Shown in pieces: positions 48,906 through 58,191 of a stretch of 64,000 bases of DNA; position 1 is the stretch's first letter, and every line of letters begins with the position of its first letter. This stretch comes from Phycisphaerae bacterium (GTDB lineage Bacteria > Planctomycetota > Phycisphaerae > UBA1845): assembly GCA_963666835.2 (NCBI GenBank), contig CAXXGO010000001.1, forward strand, positions 1,568,001-1,632,000, in the 5' to 3' direction. The notes beneath the pieces were generated by a model, which saw nothing but the letters and a program-made list of their open reading frames with translations, ran no database searches and had not been told where the DNA came from. The position numbers and the translations under genes were made by a program.

Positions 48906-50033
48906 ATGGCGGTGGCCGGCGGAAAACGCGATTTCTACGACGTGCTCGGGGTCGCCCGCGACGACGCTCCGGAAGCGATCAAGAAGGCCTATCGCCGCCT
49001 TGCGCATAAGTACCACCCCGATCGGAACACGCAGGATCCGGACGCTGAGAAGAAGTTCAAGGAGGCGGCCGAGGCCTATGAGGTTCTCTCCGATCCGCAG
49101 AAGCGGCAGCGGTACGACCAGTTCGGTCACGCCGGGCTCAGCGGCGCTGGGCTCCACGACTACAGCCACATGGGCGTCGATGACATCTTCTCGATGTTCA
49201 CCGACATCTTCGGGGGTGGCGGCCGCCGCCGACGGCGGGGGGCGGATCTGCAGACGCAGGTTGAACTTACTCTGGCGGAAGTGTCCGCCGGGGCCGAGAA
49301 GACAATCGAGTTCTCCCGCCGAGATTTCTGTGACGTTTGCGGAGGGAGTGGGGCTGCTCCCGGATCCGAAAGGAAGACCTGTCCGACCTGCGGCGGGTAC
49401 GGACAAGTGGAGCAGTCCGGAGGTCTGGGCGGATTGTTCGGAAGGGTAATCACCAATTGTCCGCATTGTGGAGGACGCGGCTCGACCATCGTCACCCCGT
49501 GCAAGACGTGCCGGGGTAATGGCACGGTGGTGAAGGACCGGGTTGTGAACGTGCATATTCCTCCGGGGATTCACGACGGGCAGGCCGTGCGGGTCCGCGG
49601 CGAGGGCGAGCCGGGCGAGGCCGGGACCGAGCGAGGAGATCTCCATTGCTACGTTCGGGTGACTCCTCATCCTTTCCTCGAGCGGAACAATAACGACGTT
49701 CTTTGCCCGATGCCGGTTAGCTTCACTCAGGCCGCTCTCGGAGCCAAGGTGGAAGTCCCCACTCTGGCGGGCAAGGCGGATCTGACGATTCCCGCCGGCA
49801 CGCAACACGGGCAGATGTTCCGGCTGCGCGGGCTCGGACTGCCGGACATGCGCACGCGGCGGACGGGGGACGAGATCGTCCAAGTGTTGGTAGAGGTTCC
49901 GCGGAAGTTGAACCGCAAGCAGGAGGGCATTCTCCGGGAGTTTGCCGAGACGGAAGACAAATCCGTCCTGCCGGAGTCGAGGGGTTTCTTCGATAAACTT
50001 GTGGACTATCTTGGTAGTCTGGGAGAAAAATAG
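48906..50033 (+). CDS. dnaJ: Chaperone DnaJ
   Basis: J-domain HPD motif, four CxxCxGxG repeats. Confidence 0.97.
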   Translation: MAVAGGKRDFYDVLGVARDDAPEAIKKAYRRLAHKYHPDRNTQDPDAEKKFKEAAEAYEVLSDPQKRQRYDQFGHAGLSGAGLHDYSHMGVDDIFSMFTDIFGGGGRRRRRGADLQTQVELTLAEVSAGAEKTIEFSRRDFCDVCGGSGAAPGSERKTCPTCGGYGQVEQSGGLGGLFGRVITNCPHCGGRGSTIVTPCKTCRGNGTVVKDRVVNVHIPPGIHDGQAVRVRGEGEPGEAGTERGDLHCYVRVTPHPFLERNNNDVLCPMPVSFTQAALGAKVEVPTLAGKADLTIPAGTQHGQMFRLRGLGLPDMRTRRTGDEIVQVLVEVPRKLNRKQEGILREFAETEDKSVLPESRGFFDKLVDYLGSLGEK

Positions 50034-50060
50034 GAGTCGGACGGAACCGGCGACGGGATC

Positions 50061-50696
50061 ATGAAAAAGAGGAAAGACAAGAAGACGGCAGCGGGCGATA
50101 AGCCCGAAATCGCTGAGGTCGCAGAGGAAGCCGACCCGACGGGGGCGGATGCGGAGTCTGTGGTCGTGGCGGAAGACACCGTTGAGTCGCTCCGCGAGAA
50201 GGTTGCGGCATTGGAGGATAATCTGCTTCGGGCCCGCGCCGAGGGGCAGAATCTGCAGAAACGCGCTGCCCGCGAGTACGCGGAAGCGATCCGTTTCGCC
50301 AACGCGGAGCTATTACAGTCGATTCTCGGGGTTCTGGATGACTTCGATCGGTCCTTAGCCGCGGCGGACAAGGGCGAGAGCGGTGAGGCCGTGATCGACG
50401 GGGTCCGATTGGTCCACGAGAACCTCATGAAGGCATTGCGGAGTCACGGACTCGAGGAGATCGAAGCCCTGCAGTGTCCGTTTGATCCGCATGTGCATGA
50501 GGCGATGATGCAACAACCCAGTGAGGATCACGCTCCGGGGACGGTTCTCGTCGAGATCGCCAAGGGGTATCGGCTGCGCGAGCGGGTGCTGCGCCCGGCC
50601 CGAGTGGTGGTGTCGAAAGCGGTGGCGGAAGAAGAGCCTTCGACTGCAGGTGAGGCCGCCGAGGATAAGGACGCGTCGGAAGGGGGAGCCCGGTAA
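50061..50696 (+). CDS. grpE: Nucleotide exchange factor GrpE
   Basis: FDPHVHEA, KGYRLRERVLRPARVVV. Confidence 0.95.
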   Translation: MKKRKDKKTAAGDKPEIAEVAEEADPTGADAESVVVAEDTVESLREKVAALEDNLLRARAEGQNLQKRAAREYAEAIRFANAELLQSILGVLDDFDRSLAAADKGESGEAVIDGVRLVHENLMKALRSHGLEEIEALQCPFDPHVHEAMMQQPSEDHAPGTVLVEIAKGYRLRERVLRPARVVVSKAVAEEEPSTAGEAAEDKDASEGGAR

Positions 50697-50718
50697 GGGC
50701 AATGCAGGAGTAACCGGT

Positions 50719-51069
50719 ATGCCAACCTATGAATACGAATGCACTAAATGCGGGGCGGTGACGGACGTTTTTCAGCCCATCACCGAACCGGCGCGGCGCC
50801 GGCTGAAGAAGAGCGATAAGCCGACGTGCGCGTGCGGAGCGGAAGTTATTCGCCGGATCGGCATCGGCGGCGGAATCCTCTTTCGCGGCAGCGGCTTCTA
50901 CGAAACGGATTACCGCAGCGAAAGCTACAAGAAGGCGGCCAAGGCGGAGAAGGACGCCGTCAGCGGCAAGACCAAACCTGACGACGGCAAGGCGGAGAAG
51001 AAGACTAAGAGTGGCAGCGAGAAGTCGTCGGGGGCGGAGAAGGTTGCCAAACCGTCAACTGCTGCCTGA
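50719..51069 (+). CDS. FmdB family zinc-ribbon protein
   Basis: MPTYEYECTKCG...FRGSGFYETDY. Confidence 0.9.
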   Translation: MPTYEYECTKCGAVTDVFQPITEPARRRLKKSDKPTCACGAEVIRRIGIGGGILFRGSGFYETDYRSESYKKAAKAEKDAVSGKTKPDDGKAEKKTKSGSEKSSGAEKVAKPSTAA

Positions 51070-51114
51070 CGGTCCGGTGGCACGCAATGAGCCCGACGTC
51101 TGGTAGAATCTGCA

Positions 51115-51306
51115 ATGCCAGTTTTTGAGTGCCCAACCTGTGGGAAGAACCTGGCGGTAGACCACCTGGAAGACGCCCCGTTCCGCCCTTTCTGCTGTGA
51201 GCGGTGCAAGCTCGTAGACCTCGGGCGGTGGTTGGATGGCACCTATCGCGTCAGCGAGCCGGACACGCCGGATGAACCGGAGGACGCCTCCGCGGGCGAC
51301 GATTGA
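51115..51306 (+). CDS. yacG: DNA gyrase inhibitor YacG
   Basis: CPTCGK...RPFCCERCKLVDLGRW. Confidence 0.92.
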   Translation: MPVFECPTCGKNLAVDHLEDAPFRPFCCERCKLVDLGRWLDGTYRVSEPDTPDEPEDASAGDD

Positions 51307-51484
51307 CTACCGGTCGGTTCACGCGGACATTCCTCTTCAGAAGCCTTGGAAGTGCCCCGTCCGCACGCCGCACCCCGGGATCCGCCAATATTGATTGGGA
51401 TGCGCGGCTTCGCAGAGAAAACGGGCACCTCAGGGAGGTATTCCCCGAGATGCCCGTGTCTTACTCCGCTTATGCGGCCAAAAC

Positions 51485-52978
51485 CTAGCGCGTGAGCGTG
51501 TCGGGATCACGCAACGGCAATCTGGTTACCTTCCCGAAAAAATCCAGGTGAAGATCAGGGTTCTTGTCGTGCCCGCCGGCGATGACCGTGTCGGTTTCGC
51601 CGACCACGAGAATCACGAGTTCGTCGGGATGCAAGTACTTCTTCGCGACTCGGAGAACGTCGTCGACCGTGACCTTCTTGAGGTTGTCGGTATACGTCTG
51701 CCAGTATGCGGGATCCCGTCCGGTGTACTCGTCGTTTGCGTACGTGTTTAGTACCGCCATTATCGTGGGGAACTGCTGAGGGAAGTACTCGGTCAGCAAC
51801 GAAATCGTCACGTCGAGGTCGTCCTGGTCCACCTTCTCGGTGCGGATCCGGTCGATCTCCGCCAGAGCCAGACCTGTGGCATAGGCGCACGCGTTACTCT
51901 TGGTCTGGAAGTAGCATTGGAAGTCGCCGGGGTAGTACGCTCCCTGGCCGAACTGGCTGCCTACGGTGTAAGCCAACCCCTCGTCGGAGCGGATCTTCCC
52001 GGTCAGACGCGACTGAAAACCCGAGCCACCGAGGATCGCGTTCATGATCCTCAGCGGGAACTCGTCCGGGCTGCCACGCATTATCGACTTATGGCCGATG
52101 GATACGCGGCCCTGGTTGACACCTTCCTTGTCGACCACATACACGCCGGGGACCGGTTGGTGTTGGGGAGCGGGGAAGGTGGTCGGGCCGGGTTCGCCGA
52201 TCGGCCAGTCGGCGAAGGCCTTGCTGATCTTGTTTAGCATCTCGGTGCGGTCGAAGTCTCCGGACACCGTGACAATCATGTTTCCCGGATGATAGTACTT
52301 CCGGTGGAACGCCAGCAGATCCTCTCGGTTGATGGCGTCGATCGACTCCGAGCTGGGATAGCGGGTGCTGAAGTGGGCGTCTCCGTTCATCAGGAAATCC
52401 CACTCGATGCTCTCGATGCTGTCTGTGGAATCGTTGCGGCGCTTAATTTGCTGGACGATGCGTTCCTTGGCCAGTTGCAGTCGGCGCTCGTCAAACCGCG
52501 GATGCCGCAGCATGTCGATCAGCAGCGCCAAGCCGTCGTCCAGGTCCTTGGATAGCACGGAGAGGTTCGCATTCCCTCTGGTGTCGGAAACGTAGGACAT
52601 CAGTCCGGCGGCGAGGAAATCGACGCGTTCATCCAGTTCCTCCGGAGAGAGGTTCTCCGTTCCGCCGTCGCGGATTTGTTCCCCCATCAGCGAGGCCAAG
52701 CCCGCCTTGCCGGGCGGGTCGAAAGCCCCGCCGGTTCGGATTGTTACGCTCATGTCGAAGGTGGGAAACATTCGGTCTTCGGCAATGTACACGACCATGC
52801 CGTTGGGCAGGACCTCCCGGAACTGATCGGCGGGCGGCAGCCGGTAGTCAAGCGGGGCGTAGACCAGATCGTCAGGATGCGCCGGGATCGGCTTGGCGAC
52901 CGGAGAGTCTGCCAAAACGGTGGCACAGATACAAAAGCTCAGCCCGAGGGCGAGCGCGGTTTTTTGGTATGTTGGCAT
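51485..52978 (-). CDS. M16 peptidase family, non-catalytic subunit
   Basis: Signal peptide; M16 fold without HxxEH; SRL..KIRSDEGLAY motif. Confidence 0.9.
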   Translation of the reverse strand: MPTYQKTALALGLSFCICATVLADSPVAKPIPAHPDDLVYAPLDYRLPPADQFREVLPNGMVVYIAEDRMFPTFDMSVTIRTGGAFDPPGKAGLASLMGEQIRDGGTENLSPEELDERVDFLAAGLMSYVSDTRGNANLSVLSKDLDDGLALLIDMLRHPRFDERRLQLAKERIVQQIKRRNDSTDSIESIEWDFLMNGDAHFSTRYPSSESIDAINREDLLAFHRKYYHPGNMIVTVSGDFDRTEMLNKISKAFADWPIGEPGPTTFPAPQHQPVPGVYVVDKEGVNQGRVSIGHKSIMRGSPDEFPLRIMNAILGGSGFQSRLTGKIRSDEGLAYTVGSQFGQGAYYPGDFQCYFQTKSNACAYATGLALAEIDRIRTEKVDQDDLDVTISLLTEYFPQQFPTIMAVLNTYANDEYTGRDPAYWQTYTDNLKKVTVDDVLRVAKKYLHPDELVILVVGETDTVIAGGHDKNPDLHLDFFGKVTRLPLRDPDTLTR

Positions 52979-52979
52979 G

Positions 52980-54776
52980 CTACTCGGACTCCTTATCGGC
53001 GGCTTCCAGCTCAGCCACGCGGGCTTTGATGGTCTTAATCATGTACTCGAGCATCGGCGTGCGTTCCTCCGGGACGTTCCCCGAGCTAAGCGCCTGCTCC
53101 ATCATCGACAGTTGTTGTCGCAGTTGGTCCAGACTGTCAGCGTCTTTGAGTTGCTGAATCATGGCTTTGATCTGAGGCACGGCCTCGGGCGGCACGTCGG
53201 CCAGCAAAGCCGCCAGTTCCGGATCGACCTCCGGCGAGGTTCCACCCTTCGTGCGGTATACGGCCACGGTTCGAGTCTTCGGATCGAGATACTTGCGGAC
53301 GACGCGACGGACGTCTTCCGCCGTTACCGCCAGCATCCGGTCCGACGATTCGTTGATGTAGTTCCAATCATACCAGGTTTCGTAGAGGGCCAACTGGAAC
53401 ATCAATCCGACGTTGTTGCGGACCCGACGGATCGAGGATGCCAATACCTGGTTCTTGACTTTCTGCAGCTCATAATCGGTGATCTCACCGTCGCGGAGCT
53501 TGTCGATTTCTTCCAAGAGCAGGCCTTCCACCTCCTCAGGGGTTCGGCCTTCCTTGACCGTAGCGTCGACTTCGAAGTACCCGGCATACTTGCGGGAGTT
53601 ATTCCCGCCGCCGGGCCGGCCGATTGCCACATCTTCGGCAGTGACCAGACGTTTGAACAACCGCCCGCTCTTGCCGGAGAGTAGTTCCCCGGCCACCTCG
53701 AGCGCGGCCTCGTCAGCGTGTCCGATAGCAACGCCGTGATACCGTATTCGAACCTCGGAGTTGGCCTCAACTTCGGCATTGAAGCGACGTTCGGCGATCG
53801 GGGCAGGTTCTTCGGTGACGAGCATCGGGGGTTCGACTTTGCCTCGCGGAATCCGCCCGAAATACCGCTCGGCCAGCTCGATCGCGTGGTCGGAATCGAA
53901 ATCCCCAATGAGCACCATCGTGGCATTGTTGGGGGCGTAATAGACCTTCATGAAGTTGCGAACGTCGTCGCGGGTGATGGACTCCACTTCCGAGGCCCAG
54001 CCGAGCACCGGGCGTCCGTACGGATGACTCTGCCAGAACAGAGCCTCGAAAGCCTCGTCGAACTTACCGGTGGGGGTGCTTTCGGTCGAGAGGCGGCGCT
54101 CTTCGCGGACGTTCTCACGCTCCACGTAGAACTCCCGCATAACGGCGTTGGCCAACCGATCGGAGTCCAGCCAGAAGAACAGCTCCAGCTTGTTGGATGG
54201 AAGCTGCACGAAGTAGATCGTCATGTCTTCGGCGGTCCCCGCGTTCAACATCGCTCCGCCGTTGGCTGAGTAGATCTTGTCGAGCTCGTTGTCCACCATT
54301 AACTCACGCTCGGATGCGAGGAGTCTGTCGTACTCCTTCTTCATGGCCGTGTATTCGGGCGTCCATTGTCCGGGGTCGAGGACGTCCTCGATCTGCCCGC
54401 GCCGTTTGAGTAGGCGCATCCGGCTCATCTCGGTGTTCATTTTCTCGCGGAGCCGGTCCTGCTTGTCGATCAGCGCCTTCTCGGTTGCGTAGTCCGTCGT
54501 ACCGATCGTGGTGGTACCCTTGAACATCATGTGCTCGAACATGTGCGCGATGCCGCTGGTGCCGGCCGGGTCGTTGCACGAGCCCACTTTGAAGATGAGG
54601 CAGGCGGCCACGGTCGGTTGCTCGTGACGCTCGACGAGCAGAAGCTTGAGCCCGTTGTCCAGCGTGTGGACCCGCGGTTGGACGCCTTTCTTCGGCGCGG
54701 CCTCGATCCGCCCAATCGGGGCCAGCCCGCATATAGCTGCGAGCAACAGGATCCGCAGGCGTAGTCTTGTGGTCAT
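52980..54776 (-). CDS. M16 zinc peptidase, catalytic subunit
   Basis: GIAHMFEHMMFKGT (HxxEH), ERENVREERR, HPYGRPVLGW. Confidence 0.94.
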   Translation of the reverse strand: MTTRLRLRILLLAAICGLAPIGRIEAAPKKGVQPRVHTLDNGLKLLLVERHEQPTVAACLIFKVGSCNDPAGTSGIAHMFEHMMFKGTTTIGTTDYATEKALIDKQDRLREKMNTEMSRMRLLKRRGQIEDVLDPGQWTPEYTAMKKEYDRLLASERELMVDNELDKIYSANGGAMLNAGTAEDMTIYFVQLPSNKLELFFWLDSDRLANAVMREFYVERENVREERRLSTESTPTGKFDEAFEALFWQSHPYGRPVLGWASEVESITRDDVRNFMKVYYAPNNATMVLIGDFDSDHAIELAERYFGRIPRGKVEPPMLVTEEPAPIAERRFNAEVEANSEVRIRYHGVAIGHADEAALEVAGELLSGKSGRLFKRLVTAEDVAIGRPGGGNNSRKYAGYFEVDATVKEGRTPEEVEGLLLEEIDKLRDGEITDYELQKVKNQVLASSIRRVRNNVGLMFQLALYETWYDWNYINESSDRMLAVTAEDVRRVVRKYLDPKTRTVAVYRTKGGTSPEVDPELAALLADVPPEAVPQIKAMIQQLKDADSLDQLRQQLSMMEQALSSGNVPEERTPMLEYMIKTIKARVAELEAADKESE

Positions 54777-55190
54777 ACGATTCTCCTAGTTCTGATTACG
54801 GTCGGTCCGGGATCCGATGTCGTGTAACGGACGATGGCGTGAGCCCGGTCGGCTTCCGTACGAAGCCGATTCGATTACAGGGCAGAGCCCTGCTGTTTAC
54901 CCTGACGGCATTGTACGAGATTACCGCAGTTGGCGGACCACTCTGACAATGCTGTGCAGCAATTGACAACATCGTACGAATATGGGATCTGCGGGTTGGA
55001 GCGATATCAGACACGGGTGGGTCTTCGGCTGAGAACTGCCAAGCGGTTTGCGCGGTTGGCTCGGCTAGGACCCCGCCGAATGAACTGCAGGCCGATGCCC
55101 GTCGTCAGCCTTGAGTTGCTTAAGGACGGAGGATTGCCAACGGTAATACGTGTTCCAGGTTGTTCGATCGCAATACTAGCCTGAATTCGC

Positions 55191-55670
55191 TCAACAGTGC
55201 GAGCGTGCCAACGCTGGAGTTGGCCCAGACGAATCCGTATCCCACGTTGGACCGAGGTCATAATGAGGGCCGCGCTCTTGCTCACCTTCAACCAAGGGAC
55301 ATCCGATCGCCGCCACCAGCCGACCCAGGCATTTCAAATCCGCGAGGTCTGGTACCGCAGTGCCTTGATCCGCCAAACGTGCCGAGAGCTCTCGGAACTT
55401 CTGAGCTGCAACGGCGGGTCTGTCCGAAACCTCTGCAGCTTCGACTGGGCAAACCTGTTCCATGATCGCCTGCCGCGAACCGCCGGTGAGCAGCTCGTCA
55501 ACACGAGCATCAACGACCTCGTCCGCAAGTCGGTCGAGGAACGTCCGCAGGACCCGACGTGCATCCTCGCCGCTTTATCCGCTGTGGGAAAGGTGTCCTT
55601 TGGCGGTGAGGTAGAGGGTTCGCACCGCGGCGTTAAGCTCGCCGAACTGTCTCAGTCATTGCGCAGTCAT
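55191..55670 (-). pseudogene. Possible interrupted ORF of unknown family
   Basis: One frame from ATG 55670 to 55191 with stops at 55656-55658 and 55575-55577; promoter-like TTGACT-N16-TATAAG upstream. Confidence 0.3.
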
Positions 55671-55821
55671 CAGTCTCTTATCGGTTTTCCATTCGGGCCA
55701 ACCGAGATCAGCTATGTACACGGTGATCTTATAGGACGCAATGCCTCAAAGTCAAGTGGAGAACGTGTTCGAATGCTCCACGCTGCAATCCGTGCAACCT
55801 GACTGCAGGAACGTTGACGTC

Positions 55822-57336
55822 TCAGTCCGCACGCCAGACAGTTCCCTCCGGGCGGTCTTCCAGGGTGATCTTGGATTCGGCCAGCAGGTCGCGGATCATG
55901 TCGGACGTCTCGAAGTCCTTCTTGCCGCGAAGATGCTGACGCACCTTAATGAGCACCTGCATTGCCGCGTCCGTCAGGCCGTCGTCGCCGCCCCCGGATT
56001 TCTCCTGGCGGTCGATGAAGATCCCGATCAGACGCGCAACCGCGATCAGCCAGCCGGCCGCCCCCAGCACCGCCTCTTTGGCTTCGTCGGAACCGCCGGA
56101 TTCGAGCCCTTCCTTCTCGATGAACCGGTTAATCGTTCCGGCAAAGTCGAACAGCGAGGCAATCGCTCCTGCGGTGTTGAAGTCATCGTCCATAGCCTTC
56201 TTGAAGGCCTCGTAGTGTTCGTCACACGCCGATCCGAACTCCGCGTGGCGAACCTCGACCAGCGCGGAAGCACCCGGCTCGCCGATGCGGTTGGCCCTTT
56301 CGTACGGGCACCGGCCGCACACGCGCTCGACCCGCTCGAAGAGACGGTAGAACGTGACCAGCCCCTTGCGCTTGCTCTCGATTTCCTCCTCGGAGTATTC
56401 AATGGGCCGGCGGTACTGCGTGCTCAGTACGAAGAACCGGATCAACTCTCCAGGGTATTCCTCCAGGAGGTTGACGAGGGTCATCTTGAGGAGGGCGGCC
56501 TGCATCTCCGGCGAGGCATCGGACTTCGAGATCTTCTTGGTGTTGACCTTGGTCAGTCCATGGTGCATCCAGGTGTTGGCAAAGGGCTTGCCCGCGGCGC
56601 ACTCGGACTGGGCGATCTCGTTCTCATGATGCGGGAAGATCAGGTCCATCCCGCCGCCGTGAATATCGAAGGTCTCGCCGAGATAGCGGCAGGCCATCGC
56701 CGAGCATTCGATGTGCCACCCCGGGCGGCCATCGCCCCACGGTGATTCGAACTTCACCTCCTTCGGCTCCTCCGGTTTGGCGGCCTTCCAGAGCGCAAAG
56801 TCACCGGCACTACGCTTCTCACCGCTTTTGAGTTCGCGTTGGCCGGTCTGGTCCTCCAGGCGGCGGTTCGACAGCTTCCCGTATTCACGATCCTTTGTCA
56901 CGTCGAAGTATACATCGCCTCCGGATTCGTAGGCGAAGCCCTTACTAACGAGCTTCTTGATGAAGTCGATGATGTCGGAAATATGCTCCGACGCCTTGGG
57001 CATTATGTCTACCGTGTCAACGTGCAGTTTGGCCATCGCCGCGAGATAGTCTGCGGTGATGCGCTCGGCCAGAGCTTCGGTGGTCATGTTCTGACGGGTG
57101 GCTTCCTCTATCAGTTTGTCGTCAACGTCCGTTATGTTGACTACCCACGTCACATCGTACCCGCTGAACACCAGGTAGCGTTTCACGGCGTCGAAGATGA
57201 TCGGTCCGACGGCATGCCCGATGTGGCTGGGTTTGTAGACGGTGGGGCCGCAGACATAGATGCCCACCTTGCCGGGGTTCACCGGCTCGAAAGGCCTCTT
57301 ATCCCGCGTAAGAGTGTTGTATACGACCAAGGCCAT
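55822..57336 (-). CDS. cysS: Cysteine--tRNA ligase
   Basis: YVCGPTVY..SHIGH, DFALWK, GRPGWHIECS, HGGGMDLIFPHHENE. Confidence 0.98.
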   Translation of the reverse strand: MALVVYNTLTRDKRPFEPVNPGKVGIYVCGPTVYKPSHIGHAVGPIIFDAVKRYLVFSGYDVTWVVNITDVDDKLIEEATRQNMTTEALAERITADYLAAMAKLHVDTVDIMPKASEHISDIIDFIKKLVSKGFAYESGGDVYFDVTKDREYGKLSNRRLEDQTGQRELKSGEKRSAGDFALWKAAKPEEPKEVKFESPWGDGRPGWHIECSAMACRYLGETFDIHGGGMDLIFPHHENEIAQSECAAGKPFANTWMHHGLTKVNTKKISKSDASPEMQAALLKMTLVNLLEEYPGELIRFFVLSTQYRRPIEYSEEEIESKRKGLVTFYRLFERVERVCGRCPYERANRIGEPGASALVEVRHAEFGSACDEHYEAFKKAMDDDFNTAGAIASLFDFAGTINRFIEKEGLESGGSDEAKEAVLGAAGWLIAVARLIGIFIDRQEKSGGGDDGLTDAAMQVLIKVRQHLRGKKDFETSDMIRDLLAESKITLEDRPEGTVWRAD

Positions 57337-57433
57337 CGGATTCGATCCTCATTAATGGTAACACGTGATCTTTCGGGCTCGAGCTTATCCCTGCGGCCTC
57401 CGCTTCCGGACGGCCGAGGAGCCTCTCGCAGAC

Positions 57434-57928
57434 CTACACTTCGCCCGCATTTGCCAGCGAGGCTACCGCTGTGCAGGCGATTGCGTCGGCATAGCCCAAC
57501 GGGCCCATGCCTTCGTTCGTCTTTGCCTTTACGCTGACACGTTCGGGATCCAGCCCGGTTAGCACGGCGATGGACTCGCCGATCCGGCGCTTGTACGGGG
57601 ACATCTTCGGAGCCTCCGCATGGATGATTATGTCTAGATTACTCGGCCTGAATCCCCGGCCCCGCACCCGCTCCATAGCGTCGGCCAGGAGCACGCGGCT
57701 GTCGGCATCCTTGTACTTCGGATCGGTGTCCGGGAATAGATCGCCGATGTCCGGTAGCCCTGCCGCGCCAAGAAGGGCGTCGGTGACGGCGTGAAGAACC
57801 ACGTCGGCGTCACTATGGCCGACCAAGCCCTTCTCGTGTTGGAGTTCGACTCCGCCCACAACCAGCCGGCGCCCCTCGGCAAGCCGGTGGATGTCGTAAC
57901 CGATGCCGACACGGAATGAATCTGCCAC
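57434..57928 (-). CDS. ispF: 2-C-methyl-D-erythritol 2,4-cyclodiphosphate synthase
   Basis: RVGIGYDIH, GHSDADVVLHA, DIGDLFPDTD, KAKTNE. Confidence 0.97.
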   Translation of the reverse strand: MADSFRVGIGYDIHRLAEGRRLVVGGVELQHEKGLVGHSDADVVLHAVTDALLGAAGLPDIGDLFPDTDPKYKDADSRVLLADAMERVRGRGFRPSNLDIIIHAEAPKMSPYKRRIGESIAVLTGLDPERVSVKAKTNEGMGPLGYADAIACTAVASLANAGEV

Positions 57929-58191
57929 TTCAATGATCCTCCAGGTGTCCGTTGTCGGGTCCCACAGGGAACCCGGCTTCTGTATGGAGCCAGCCTATTC
58001 AGATTATCGGCGTTTTTCAAGCCCTCGATTGGACGCGGATGGATCCGGACGCGACGCGGTCGACTGCGAGCCGGTCGAGCCGCTTGCCTGGAACCTTAGT
58101 GTTGGCGTAGAGTTACCGTGCCCCGGTGTGGGCTGGCCGCCCCGGTTGAGGGCGAATCTACCTTGACAAGCTCGTTTTCGGAGAAGTTCGT

